Source of the DNA: Myxococcota bacterium
Lineage (GTDB): Bacteria; Myxococcota; UBA4151
Direction of reading: 5' to 3'
Assembly (NCBI GenBank): GCA_040260805.1
Contig: JBDQPD010000025.1
Coordinates: forward strand, 1-38,610
DNA: 38,610 bases
The notes beneath the pieces were generated by a model. It was not told the DNA's origin and did no database searches. It was given only the letters and a program-made list of their open reading frames with translations. Below are positions 1 through 9,722 of this stretch, piece after piece; the first letter of the stretch is position 1; the number at the start of each line of letters is the position of its first letter. The position numbers and the translations under genes were made by a program.

Positions 1-164
1 AAGCGGCTGCAGAGCCCGAAGCGGCTGCAGAGCCCGAAGCGGCTGCAGAGCCTGAAGCGGCTGCAGAGCCTGAAGCGGCTGCAGAGCCCGAAGCGGCTGC
101 AGAGCCCGAAGCGGCTGCAGAGCCCGAAGCGGCTGCAGAGCCCCAAGCGGCTGCGGCTTCTCAA
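1..164 (+). repeat. 18-bp coding tandem repeat (GCGGCTGCAGAGCC[C/T]GAA)n encoding (AAAEPE)n
   Basis: Eight units at 3-146 (last is AAAEPQ) plus a degenerate AAAASQ unit at 147-164. The array runs off the window start and is in frame, with no stop, with the ETF-alpha ORF. Confidence 0.95.
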
Positions 165-1133
165 GTGCCCGCAGGTGGCAACGCGGTGCTGTGCTTGCTC
201 GACGTCAGCGGAGCAAGCTTGTCCGTTCCTAATCGATCGACCCTAAGCGCAGCCCAAGCGGTCGCTAGAGCCCGCGGCTGCGACCTCCATGTCTGCTGCG
301 TAGGTGCTGACACCTCGAGCGCAGCGCAAGCTGGCGCAGAAGGCGTCTCGGCTGTTCACACCATCACCCATGACAGCTTAGGGCACGGGGTCGCAGAGAG
401 CTTTTACGCCGCGACCATGACCGCGCTCGGCGCAGTGGCTGCCGACGTAGTCGTCGGCTCTGCCAGCTCAACCGCAAAAGGCTTCCTTCCACGAGTCGCC
501 GAAGCGCTCGGCTGCGGCATGGCGTCGGAAATCCTGAGCGTCGAATCGGGTGACACGTTCACCCGAGCCTTGTGGGCAGGCAACGCCATCGCAACAGTTC
601 AGTGCTCAGGGCGGATGGTGGTCTCCGTTCGCGCCACAGGGTTCGATCCCGCCTCGACCCAAGAGGCTCAGCCGCAAGAGATCGCCTTTGAAGCGCCCGT
701 AACCAAAGCCCGTTTCGTCAACCGGGAGGCGACCGAGAGCGCTCGCCCAGACCTGAGCGAGGCTTCGGTGGTGGTCTCAGGCGGTCGCGGCACCAAAGGG
801 GACTTTGCGCCGATCGAGCAGCTTGCCGATGTCCTCGGGGCTGCCATGGGCGCCTCACGCGCCGCTTGCGATGCCGGCTGGGTTCCCAACGATCTTCAGG
901 TCGGACAAACCGGTAAAGTGATCGCACCGGACCTGTACATCGCCGCCGGTATCTCGGGAGCGATCCAGCACATCGCCGGCATGAAGGGCTCAAAGACCAT
1001 TGTAGCGATCAACAAAGACGAAGAGGCGCCCATCTTCAGCGTCGCTGATTACGGTTTAGTGGCTGACCTTTTTGAAGTCTGCCCAGAATTAGCGGATAAG
1101 GTGTCGAGCCAGGGCTTAAAGCCAACCGCTTAG
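3..1133 (+). CDS. etfA: Electron transfer flavoprotein subunit alpha (5' partial, with repeat N-terminal extension)
   Basis: FAD-domain motifs [55 protein letters not shown]. The frame is open from base 3 to the GTG at 165, which has no obvious RBS, so the true start lies upstream of the window. Confidence 0.93.
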   Translation, partial: AAAEPEAAAEPEAAAEPEAAAEPEAAAEPEAAAEPEAAAEPEAAAEPQAAAASQVPAGGNAVLCLLDVSGASLSVPNRSTLSAAQAVARARGCDLHVCCVGADTSSAAQAGAEGVSAVHTITHDSLGHGVAESFYAATMTALGAVAADVVVGSASSTAKGFLPRVAEALGCGMASEILSVESGDTFTRALWAGNAIATVQCSGRMVVSVRATGFDPASTQEAQPQEIAFEAPVTKARFVNREATESARPDLSEASVVVSGGRGTKGDFAPIEQLADVLGAAMGASRAACDAGWVPNDLQVGQTGKVIAPDLYIAAGISGAIQHIAGMKGSKTIVAINKDEEAPIFSVADYGLVADLFEVCPELADKVSSQGLKPTA

Positions 1134-1156
1134 CCTTCGGGCTGTAAAGGAGCGTC

Positions 1157-3199
1157 ATGCACGGAATAGCCGTTGTTTCGGTCCTGAGCCTGTCTCTTGC
1201 GTTCTTTGCCCGCAACTGCTGGCGGCTGATCCGAATGATTCGTCTCGGGGTCGATGACTTTACGCTAAGCCATCTGTTCGGTCGACTTAGCGACGTCGCT
1301 TATTATGTGATCGGTCAAGCCAAGCTGCTGCGCGACCCTGGCGCTGGCATTTTGCATATGGCGTTCTTCTACGGGTTTTTACTGATCCAAGTGGGGCTGG
1401 TTGAGTTTGTCCTTTCAGGTGTGTTGTTCGACTCTGAAGGCTATGGTTTTAGCTACGCTTGGATCTTAGGTAATCCGGCTGAATCACTGATCATGAAGGC
1501 GTACTGGATCAGCCAGGAACTGGCGATCTACGGCGTCGGGCTCGCGTGCGCTGTCGCGATCTTTCGGCGCTGGTTTTTGCGCGCCTTCTTACCCCGATTG
1601 AAAAAACGCTCCGCTGATGCCGAACTCATCATCCTGTTCATCGCTATTTTGATGGTCACGCTGGCGGGCGTCCAAGCCGCTGAAGTGGTGATGGGGCACG
1701 GTGTCTTTGCGGACCGAAATGGAGATTGGCTCGTCGGCCGGCCCGGCACCCGATTGCTGGCCGGGTTGTTGTCCGCCGACGCAGCAAACGCCCTGTACCC
1801 GTATTTCTGGTGGGGTCACTTCCTCACCATTATGGGGTTTATGAACTATCTACCGTTTTCCAAGCACATGCACCTGCTCGGGGCGGTACCCAACTTCTTC
1901 TTGAGGCCACGTGGTGAAGGCTTGATCTTGAAGGCTGTCGACTTCGAGACCAGCGAAGAGTTCGGAGTAGGGCGAGTCAACCAGTTCTCATCCTCTGACC
2001 TCCTCGACACCTTTGCTTGCGCGGAATGCAACCGATGTACGGTCGTCTGCCCAGCCAATACAACGGGTAAACCGCTCGATCCGGCAAAGATCGTTCACGA
2101 CATGAAGGACAACCTTTACGCCAATGAGTTCAACCTTCTGGATTGGACGGAGCAAGGCGCTCAAGGCGAGCCAAACTGCGAAGTTGATCTCATCGGCGGT
2201 GCAGACTCGGAAGGCTCGATTCATTTTGATGAGCTCTGGAGCTGTACGACCTGCGGTGCTTGCGTCCAGGAATGCCCGGTAGGGATCGCTCATGTGCCCA
2301 AGATCGTCGACATGCGCCGTCACATGGTCATGATGGAGGGCAACAACCCACCTGAACTCGACCAAGTGTTTCGAGGCATGGAGACGAACGCTAACCCCTG
2401 GGGCTTAGGCGCCAATACACGCTTTGATTGGGCTGATGGGCTCGATATTCCAACGGTCGAGACGAACCCAGATTTTGAGTACCTCTACTATGTCGGCTGC
2501 GCCGGTAGCTTTGACGACCGCGCCAAAAAAGTCACTGCGGCGATGGTCAAGCTGCTGCGTATTGCGAAGGTCAACTTTGCGGTCTTAGGTAAAGGCGAAA
2601 GCTGTAACGGCGAGACGGCGAGACGACTCGGCAATGAGTACCTCTTCGTTGAAATGGCGGGCACGTTGATCGAGACGTTCAAAAGTTATGACGTCGACAA
2701 AGTCATCACCACCTGTCCGCACTGCCTCAACACGTTCAACAAAGACTATCCGACCATCGATTCGGAATTCACTCTTGAGGTGCACCATCACACCGACTTC
2801 TTGAACGAGTTGGTCGGAAGCGGGGCGCTGACTATCGACTCTGCTCCCGCTGGATCCGTGACCTATCACGACTCATGCTACCTCGCTCGCTACAATGGGA
2901 TCGAGGACAGCCCACGTCATCTGCTCGAGGCCGCTGGGGCCGATCTGGTAGAGATGGAGCGCAACCGGGACCGCGGGTTTTGTTGCGGTGCAGGGGGCGG
3001 TCGCATGTGGATGGAAGAGCATCTAGGAACTCGGGTCAATCACAACAGAACCCAAGAAGCTGCGGACACAGGTGCGTCGACGGTCGCGGTCGCATGCCCC
3101 TTCTGTATGACGATGATCGGTGATGGGACACGCGAGATCGGCGTCGACGATGATCTCGATGTGAAAGACATCGCAGAGCTGCTTGCAGACCGGGTTTAG
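1157..3199 (+). CDS. Membrane FeS oxidoreductase, FadF/HdrD-GlpC family (likely ETF:quinone oxidoreductase)
   Basis: N-terminal TM helices with conserved His (LHMAFF, WWGHF, KHMH), two CxxCxxCxxxCP ferredoxin motifs and two CCG domains (YVGCAGSF/TTCPHC; YHDSCY/FCCGAGGG/ACPFC). AAGGAG RBS; directly after etfA. Confidence 0.88.
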   Translation: MHGIAVVSVLSLSLAFFARNCWRLIRMIRLGVDDFTLSHLFGRLSDVAYYVIGQAKLLRDPGAGILHMAFFYGFLLIQVGLVEFVLSGVLFDSEGYGFSYAWILGNPAESLIMKAYWISQELAIYGVGLACAVAIFRRWFLRAFLPRLKKRSADAELIILFIAILMVTLAGVQAAEVVMGHGVFADRNGDWLVGRPGTRLLAGLLSADAANALYPYFWWGHFLTIMGFMNYLPFSKHMHLLGAVPNFFLRPRGEGLILKAVDFETSEEFGVGRVNQFSSSDLLDTFACAECNRCTVVCPANTTGKPLDPAKIVHDMKDNLYANEFNLLDWTEQGAQGEPNCEVDLIGGADSEGSIHFDELWSCTTCGACVQECPVGIAHVPKIVDMRRHMVMMEGNNPPELDQVFRGMETNANPWGLGANTRFDWADGLDIPTVETNPDFEYLYYVGCAGSFDDRAKKVTAAMVKLLRIAKVNFAVLGKGESCNGETARRLGNEYLFVEMAGTLIETFKSYDVDKVITTCPHCLNTFNKDYPTIDSEFTLEVHHHTDFLNELVGSGALTIDSAPAGSVTYHDSCYLARYNGIEDSPRHLLEAAGADLVEMERNRDRGFCCGAGGGRMWMEEHLGTRVNHNRTQEAADTGASTVAVACPFCMTMIGDGTREIGVDDDLDVKDIAELLADRV

Positions 3200-3271
3200 G
3201 GCTCAAGCGGGTGGCTAACTTGCCAAGCCAGGCAAGGCCCACTATCACACAGCCCCGAAACCGGTAGGTCC

Positions 3272-3676
3272 ATGGCTAATCTGCAGAAAAAACGTAGTAA
3301 AATGCGCAAGCGCTTTGCGCGGGTTCGCGTCGACCTGCGTCTGGAAGTCGAAACCGAAACCGGGAGCTTGCACACCCGAGCGCGGAACCTGAGCGCTAAG
3401 GGGGTGATGTTCAACTCAGAAGGAGAGCTCGTCCCAGGGCAACAAATCCATGTGTTGATCTACATCCCGAGGGGTCGTGAGGTCGACCTACTCAAGATCA
3501 AAGGTGAAGTGATCTGGGTACGACGAGAAGAAGACCGCAGTTTTATCGTCGGCAGCACCTTCACGCGCTTTGCTCCGGGTGATGAGCGGCGTCTGCGTCA
3601 ATACCTCCTGCAGCATCTGCGGGGAGAAGATCCACATCGCGCTCCTTATTTCGGCCGCGAAGGCAAATTCGACTAG
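3272..3676 (+). CDS. PilZ domain protein
   Basis: RKRFAR followed by NLSAKG ([D/N]xSxxG), and GEVIWVR...VGSTF typical of the PilZ beta barrel. Confidence 0.8.
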   Translation: MANLQKKRSKMRKRFARVRVDLRLEVETETGSLHTRARNLSAKGVMFNSEGELVPGQQIHVLIYIPRGREVDLLKIKGEVIWVRREEDRSFIVGSTFTRFAPGDERRLRQYLLQHLRGEDPHRAPYFGREGKFD

Positions 3677-3700
3677 GCACCATCATTCGGGGTTTCGGCT

Positions 3701-4465
3701 ATGGCGTCCGCACCCAATATTGCCCCCCATTCGGCGCTGAGCCTCCTGCGAGGTAGCTGCGCTCTTGCGTACTTAGTGATCGGAGGCTTAGCGGCGAGCG
3801 TTGCGGTCGTGCCGTTAGTCATCTTTGGCGGTCGTCGAAACAAAGCTCAGCATCTCGTCGAGCGGCTTTGGGCTGGCGGCGTGCTCAAGATAGCAGGTAT
3901 TCGAGTTGAAGTGCGCGGGCGCGAGCACCTACCCCCTACCGGCTGTGTCCTCGCAGCCAATCACCGCTCGAATGCCGACGTACTCTCGATCATGGGTTAT
4001 GCAGCTAACCAAGCCCGCTTCATCGCCAAGGCAGAGCTCAGATGGGTCTTCTTTATCAGCATCGGGATGTCGGTGACTGGCCACATCTTCGTCAAGCGAG
4101 GTCAGCGCAAGTCCGGAGGGCGAGCGCTCGGTGAAGCCGCAAAAGAGCTCCGCAAAGGGGCTTGGGTTCTGCTCTTTCCAGAGGGCACTCGCTCCAAAGG
4201 CGATGACAGCCTTCCCTGGAAAAGCGGGGCCTTTCGTTTAGCGATCGATGCTCAGGTTCCGGTCGTTCCGACCGTGATTCATCACGCTCGACGGCTGTGG
4301 CCCAGCAAGTCCTTACTCCCTCGTCCAGGCGTCCTCGTGGTCGAATTTTTAGAGCCGGTCGCCACCGAAGGCATGATCGTCAAGCAGCACCCAAGCTTAC
4401 GCAATACCGTCAGAGACTTGGTCATCGAGCGACACGACCAAGGGCTCGCCGCAAGAGATTCCTAA
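3701..4465 (+). CDS. plsC: 1-acyl-sn-glycerol-3-phosphate acyltransferase
   Basis: NHRSNAD (HX4D), FIAKAEL and FPEGTRS motifs; N-terminal TM helix. Confidence 0.9.
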   Translation: MASAPNIAPHSALSLLRGSCALAYLVIGGLAASVAVVPLVIFGGRRNKAQHLVERLWAGGVLKIAGIRVEVRGREHLPPTGCVLAANHRSNADVLSIMGYAANQARFIAKAELRWVFFISIGMSVTGHIFVKRGQRKSGGRALGEAAKELRKGAWVLLFPEGTRSKGDDSLPWKSGAFRLAIDAQVPVVPTVIHHARRLWPSKSLLPRPGVLVVEFLEPVATEGMIVKQHPSLRNTVRDLVIERHDQGLAARDS

Positions 4466-4562
4466 ACGGTTACCCGGCTTACCCTGCCTTTCCGCTTTGC
4501 GAACAAGGCCCTCCAAGGGTAGTAATCTCTTCACCGCACCTTCGGTGTCTCAAGGAGTGTAC

Positions 4563-7500
4563 ATGAAGCGACTGACAGCTGTTTTAGCCTGTCTGACTGC
4601 TCTGCCAGCGATGGCGGCGGAACAAGAGCCGAACAACGACTTCGGATCGGCGAATACGACGAGCCATGGTCAGGTGATTCGCGGCGCGATCACGGCTGGT
4701 GATGAAGACTACTTTGTGCTGACCATCAACGGCCAGGCTACGATCGACGCTTGGACCTCCGCCGCTAATGGTGGGCGCAACATGGATACAACCCTTCGCA
4801 TGTACGATGGAAACCGAGCCTCCATCGCCTATAATGACGACCGCGGCGGCAGAGCTGAAGGTCTGTACAGCGGGGTCTCACAGGCTAATGCAGCAGCCGG
4901 GACCTACTACTTCTTAGTCAAAGGGTTCTCGAACTTCTCGACCGGCGATTATCAGTTTCATGTCGAGCTCAGCGGGGGGCCTGACCTGAGCGTGACCAAT
5001 TTCACCTTGAACCCTCAACCTGCTCCAGGTCAGGTCTGGGCGGCATCGGTTCAAGTAAACAACGGGGTGGGAGCAGCCGAAGCGACGGTGACTCGATTGT
5101 TCAACGGCGAAGACATGATCGGTGAGCACCAAACAGGTGCTTTAGCCGCCAACGCCAGCGCACAAGTCGCCTTCGCTGACCTTGTGGCGTTGCCCATCGG
5201 ATACCACGATCTAAGCGTCTGCTCAGACGCTACCGGCGTGATCGAGGAGCTCGACGAGTCGAACAACTGCGCATCGATTCAAGCGACGGTAGGACTCGAT
5301 GCGGTTGCGCAAAACCTTATTCTAAATCCCAACCCGCCAGGAGTTGGCGAAGCGTGGTCGGCGACGGCGACGATTCGCAACGCGCTAGCAGGCGTCTTGC
5401 CCGCCTCTCAAGCTCAGCTGCTGCTCAACGACGTCCCTTCCGGAACCTGTGAAGTTCCGGAGATCGCAAACGGCGGCACGCACGATTGCGCCTTTACTGA
5501 ACTTGGTGGGCTTCCGTCGGGAATCACCGTGGTCAAAGTCTGCGCCGACTCCGGCTCAGGAATCGAAGAGGCTGCAGAGGACAACAACTGCGTCGAGCGA
5601 CGGGTTGCGATCGGCTCGGATCTCATCGCTGAAAACTTGGTTATTAATCCGGTTAATCCCGGCTTAAATGACACCTTCAACGCAAGCGTTCGGATTCGAA
5701 ACCGCTTCGCGCCGGATACTCCGGCGACCGTTGCGCGCATCAGCTTAGGCGATCAAGGCTGGGGCGATTGCGCCGTTCCTGTGCTCGCCGCCGAAGCGCA
5801 CCATGACTGCGTCTTGGAAAATCTAAACCCGCCGCCAGCAGGTCGACTGATCGTTCGCTTCTGCGCCGACGCTGATGCCGAATGGGGCGAGCGTAATGAG
5901 GACAACAACTGCGCTGAATCGAACTTCTTTAACGGTCCAGACCTGCAAATTCAGCAGGTGGTTCTCAACCCTAACCCACCCGTTGAAGGGCGCTCTGCCC
6001 AGGCGCTCGTGGTGATTCGAAATGCGGTCGCAGACCCCGCCAATAATGCGACGATGGTCGCCGTCACTGAGGCGGGTCAAGCGGTGGGTACTCCCTGCCA
6101 GATCGCCGCAGTCGGCGGCAACGGTATCGGCGCATGTCAGATCAACGATCTCGACTTCTCAGGCGGCGCACACACGATCCAAGTCTGCGCCGATGCCGAC
6201 AATGAACAAGTTGAAATCAACGAAGACAACAACTGCACTGAGCTGCAATTCAGCGTCGAGGACGTCGATGACTATGAACCGGACAACGCACGCTTGGAGG
6301 CGACTCTGATCCGTCATGAGACGCCGCAGGATCATACCCTGCACAACGCCGAAGACGTGGATTACCTGTTCTTTGTCGTCAACCGAGCCAGTGAGGCTCA
6401 GATCAGCACGGGGCCAGTGCAAGAGGGTGACGCCTTCAACACCCGAATCGCGCTGTTGGATGCCGATGGACGAGAGATCACCAGCAACAACAACGGCGGC
6501 GAGGGTAACTGGTCTCGACTGGTGCGAGAGCTCTTGCCTGCGACCTACTATCTTCGCGTCAACCGCGGCGGAAACGACGCCGTCGATCGTTATCGGATCA
6601 ACCTAAGACTCATCGACCTCGCCGCACGCCCGCCAGATCTGAGCACAGGCGTCGTAAGCGTTACTCCGGATAGTTTGTTCGCTAACCAACGCTTCACGGT
6701 GAGCACCAGCGTCAGCAACGCCGCCAACGCAGGCGTGAGCCAGGGAACGACGGCGGTGCTGACGGTCAACGGCGAAACCGCTGGGGAGTGCCAGCTTGCG
6801 GAAATCGCTACCGGTGCCAGCGCACCGTGCTCTGTCGTAGTTGCTAACGGCGCAGCTGCTGGTGACGTGGTTCTGAGGCTCTGCATCGACCCGAACAACA
6901 CCATGGAAGAGCGCGACGAGACCAACAACTGCGGTCAACTCAATCTGTATCTGTACGCTATTGACGAATTTGAAGACGACAACAGCAGCGACAACGCCAC
7001 CAACTTAGCCATCGATGATGTGCAGGAACACACGCTGCACGTCGACGACGATGTCGACTGGGTTGAGGTCACGATGAGTGAGCCCGGGACGCTGACGGTT
7101 ACCGGTACGGTAGCCGAAGGTTCCGGCGGTGATATCGATGGTCGACTCACCGCCCCGGGTGGCGAGTCCTTAGTCCGTTCAAACGTTATCGGACCTGTTT
7201 CACTGAGCTATGGGCCTGCGGACCGAGGCGTGTTCTTGGTCGAGATCACAGGACGCGGCGGTAATCGAGTCGATGCCTATTCGCTGACGGCGACTCATGT
7301 TGCTGTCGATGGTGATGTGGTTCGAGACATGCGTCTACGCAATGTCACAGTCGACCCTGATGAACCCGCACCTAACGCAGGATTCACGCTCGACATTGAC
7401 AGCGTGAACGATGGCAACCTGATCTCATCGCCAACCGATGTGGCGTTGCGGATTGATGGCGAAGAGGTGGCGCGTTGTGTTCTGCCTCCAGCAGATCCAG

Positions 7501-8738
7501 GTGACCGCTCTCGCTGTCGCGATGTCGCCATGCCAGGACTGGCAGAAGGTAACTACCAGCTGCAGGCATGCATCGACCCTGATGGGGTGCTTGGAGAAAC
7601 CGAAGAGGCGCAAGCCAACAACTGCGCCGAACTCGACCTAACCGTCGGAGAGCCGACGCCGCCGCAGAACGACCTGCGCCTGCAGAACCCCTACCTCAAC
7701 CCAACAGAACCGATTGCGGGTGAGATGATTACGCTGCGCATGGAGGTGTTTTATACCGGAGATGACTCCACGCCGCCGACGACCGTCAACATCGAGGTCA
7801 ACGATGAGACGGTGCATACCTGCCAGATCCCAAGCCTCGATGGTCGTATGACCCGCACCGCTCGCTGCCGCACCCTCCCGGGAATGCTGCAGATGGGCGA
7901 CGACGCTCAGGTGATGCGTGCCTGCGTCGACCCAGATGGGCAGATCGCAGAGACCGATGAGAACAACAACTGCATCCGACTGCTGATGGCGCCTGGCGGC
8001 CTGATCGGCGATGACCCCGACGCTTATGAAGAAGACAACACCTGGCAAACGGCTGGGACGCTGAGAGACACGTCCGAGGCGAGCCGAGCCCAGGAGCACA
8101 ACTTGCACACCAGCGACGATGTCGATGTGATGAAGTTTGCCCTTCAGCAAGATGATCAGATCAACCTTCGTGTTGCCGATGTCCTTGGTCAAGTTACGGT
8201 GCGCCTGATCGACGGCCCACTCCAGGCTGGCGATGCAGGCTCCCGGATGGAGACCGAGATCGAGCTTGATGACGAGGGTCTAGGCGATACTGGCGAGTTG
8301 GTCGCCGGACTTTACGCTTTTGAGGTTCGAAGCGCTGATGGTTTTGCGGTCGGTCGCTACAAGATCAATGCATGGAGTGAACTCGGGCCCCCGCGTCCCG
8401 ACGCAGGTCCCGCACCGCCAGACGCCGGACCTCCCGGTGAATGCGTCAGCAACGCCGACTGCACCGGCGGTCAGCGCTGTGTCACCGATGATCCAGAACC
8501 TTATTGTACCAACCCTTGCGATACCGTGATCGACTGCCCCGCTGGGTTCCAGCTCACCTGCCGTGAAATTGGCCCTGGCACTAAAGCCTGCATTCGCGGT
8601 GAGGCGCCTCCGAGCGTTGGACCGGCTGACCCAGGACAGAGCTGTGGTTGCAGCAGCGACATGGGAGGAGCAGGCATGCTCGGCTTGCTCGGTTTGTTGG
8701 CGATGGGTCTCAAACGACGTCGGAGGCGACTGCCCTAA
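4563..8738 (+). CDS. Large secreted PPC/CARDB-repeat surface protein with MYXO-CTERM anchor
   Basis: ATG 4563 after AAGGAG, with signal peptide MKRLTAVLACLTALPAMA. Four PPC-like modules (EQEPNND, DDYEPDN, DEFEDDN, DAYEEDN), seven CARDB-like repeats (xDLxxxN...CxD...E.NE.NNC), a PDAGP linker, a Cys-rich segment and a GCS-TM-RRRRR tail. Confidence 0.85.
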   Translation: MKRLTAVLACLTALPAMAAEQEPNNDFGSANTTSHGQVIRGAITAGDEDYFVLTINGQATIDAWTSAANGGRNMDTTLRMYDGNRASIAYNDDRGGRAEGLYSGVSQANAAAGTYYFLVKGFSNFSTGDYQFHVELSGGPDLSVTNFTLNPQPAPGQVWAASVQVNNGVGAAEATVTRLFNGEDMIGEHQTGALAANASAQVAFADLVALPIGYHDLSVCSDATGVIEELDESNNCASIQATVGLDAVAQNLILNPNPPGVGEAWSATATIRNALAGVLPASQAQLLLNDVPSGTCEVPEIANGGTHDCAFTELGGLPSGITVVKVCADSGSGIEEAAEDNNCVERRVAIGSDLIAENLVINPVNPGLNDTFNASVRIRNRFAPDTPATVARISLGDQGWGDCAVPVLAAEAHHDCVLENLNPPPAGRLIVRFCADADAEWGERNEDNNCAESNFFNGPDLQIQQVVLNPNPPVEGRSAQALVVIRNAVADPANNATMVAVTEAGQAVGTPCQIAAVGGNGIGACQINDLDFSGGAHTIQVCADADNEQVEINEDNNCTELQFSVEDVDDYEPDNARLEATLIRHETPQDHTLHNAEDVDYLFFVVNRASEAQISTGPVQEGDAFNTRIALLDADGREITSNNNGGEGNWSRLVRELLPATYYLRVNRGGNDAVDRYRINLRLIDLAARPPDLSTGVVSVTPDSLFANQRFTVSTSVSNAANAGVSQGTTAVLTVNGETAGECQLAEIATGASAPCSVVVANGAAAGDVVLRLCIDPNNTMEERDETNNCGQLNLYLYAIDEFEDDNSSDNATNLAIDDVQEHTLHVDDDVDWVEVTMSEPGTLTVTGTVAEGSGGDIDGRLTAPGGESLVRSNVIGPVSLSYGPADRGVFLVEITGRGGNRVDAYSLTATHVAVDGDVVRDMRLRNVTVDPDEPAPNAGFTLDIDSVNDGNLISSPTDVALRIDGEEVARCVLPPADPGDRSRCRDVAMPGLAEGNYQLQACIDPDGVLGETEEAQANNCAELDLTVGEPTPPQNDLRLQNPYLNPTEPIAGEMITLRMEVFYTGDDSTPPTTVNIEVNDETVHTCQIPSLDGRMTRTARCRTLPGMLQMGDDAQVMRACVDPDGQIAETDENNNCIRLLMAPGGLIGDDPDAYEEDNTWQTAGTLRDTSEASRAQEHNLHTSDDVDVMKFALQQDDQINLRVADVLGQVTVRLIDGPLQAGDAGSRMETEIELDDEGLGDTGELVAGLYAFEVRSADGFAVGRYKINAWSELGPPRPDAGPAPPDAGPPGECVSNADCTGGQRCVTDDPEPYCTNPCDTVIDCPAGFQLTCREIGPGTKACIRGEAPPSVGPADPGQSCGCSSDMGGAGMLGLLGLLAMGLKRRRRRLP

Positions 8739-9550
8739 CGCTGGCACTTCGAGCAAAATACTGTGCTCCGACCGCCGAGTCGGATCAGCCGCAGCGTCTG
8801 GTCGCAACGTCGACAGACCTGATGCTCACGACCATAGACTGCCAGCTGCTGGGCAAAGTAACCCGGTGCCCCATCAGAAGACTGAAAGTTGCGGATCGTG
8901 CTCCCGCCCGAATCAAGAGCGCGCTTGAGGACGTCAATGATCTCTATCTTGAGTTGTATCAGGCGTTTGGGTGAGACTTTTGATGCCGACCGACGCGGAT
9001 CAATCCCGGCCGCAAAAAGCGCTTCCGCAGCGTAGATATTACCGACCCCGACGACCGTCGCCGCGTCCATGATAAGGGTCTTGATCGAGCGCGATGACTG
9101 CTTGCAGCGCCTGATAAAATCCTCATCGCTCCAAGAGTCATCCAAGGGCTCAGGGCCTAATGCGCTCAAGCGAGGATGCGACTCGAGCTCATGACTTTGA
9201 CAACGAATGAGCATCCCAAAGCGCCTCGGGTCGCGGTAACGTAGTACGCCAGCACTCAATTCCAAGCGCCAGTGTTCATGATCAATCCAATCGACTGAAT
9301 GAGTACTCATAAACAACTGTCCAGTCATCCCCAGGTGGACCAAAACCACCTCGCTGCCCGCCCGAATGAGTAAGTATTTGGCTCGACGCTCGATCGCCTC
9401 AATACGATGACCGGCCAGTTCGGCCATTTGATCACTCGATGCGTGATCTCGGAGCCTCTTTCCGCTGCACTGGTATGAACCTATCTGCTGACCAACGAGC
9501 AAGGGCTCCAAAGCCCGACGACAGGTCTCAACCTCAGGAAGCTCTGGCAT
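8735..9550 (-). CDS. mutM: Formamidopyrimidine-DNA glycosylase (Fpg)
   Basis: Starts MPELPEVE (ATG at 9550). Has HLGMTG, DPRRFG, GVGNIYAAE (H2TH) and a C-terminal CxxC...CxxCQ zinc finger. Confidence 0.96.
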   Translation of the reverse strand: MPELPEVETCRRALEPLLVGQQIGSYQCSGKRLRDHASSDQMAELAGHRIEAIERRAKYLLIRAGSEVVLVHLGMTGQLFMSTHSVDWIDHEHWRLELSAGVLRYRDPRRFGMLIRCQSHELESHPRLSALGPEPLDDSWSDEDFIRRCKQSSRSIKTLIMDAATVVGVGNIYAAEALFAAGIDPRRSASKVSPKRLIQLKIEIIDVLKRALDSGGSTIRNFQSSDGAPGYFAQQLAVYGREHQVCRRCDQTLRLIRLGGRSTVFCSKCQR

Positions 9551-9619
9551 AATTGCACCTTCGACAGCGTGGCTAAAATCCAATCCCACAGGCTCTAGAC
9601 CGAAACAAGCGCGGTACAC

Positions 9620-9637
9620 TGAATGAGCCGTCATTCA
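9620..9637. promoter_or_regulatory. Palindromic operator candidate TGAATGA-N4-TCATTCA
   Basis: Perfect 7-bp inverted repeat in the divergent mutM/GSIII intergenic region, directly after a -10-like TACACT (9615-9620). Confidence 0.55.
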
Positions 9638-9687
9638 TTTAATCACTCGCAGACCTAAAGCATCACTTTAAGTTCTAGTTGATCCGT

Positions 9688-9722
9688 CTTGAGAGTTGGG
9701 GTTGCAGAAACCCAATCTCAAG
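9688..9722 (+). promoter_or_regulatory. Long hairpin in the probable 5' leader of GSIII
   Basis: CTTGAGA-G-TTGGG-GTTGCAGAAA-CCCAA-TCTCAAG forms 7+5 bp stems about 45 nt upstream of the ATG. No U-tract follows. Confidence 0.45.

Noticed and set aside
1..164. Repeat array as CRISPR
   Set aside because: The 18-bp units are head-to-tail with no spacers, encode an in-frame peptide, and there are no cas genes.
3219..3236. CTTGCC/GGCAAG hairpin as terminator after the FeS oxidoreductase
   Set aside because: Only 6 bp and no U-tract, too weak to call.
4497..4562. Longer ORF-track starts (4497, 9634, 9689, 14973, 23902, 27342)
   Set aside because: Downstream ATGs have an RBS, signal peptide, start-stop coupling or the conserved N terminus (for example MPELPEVE).
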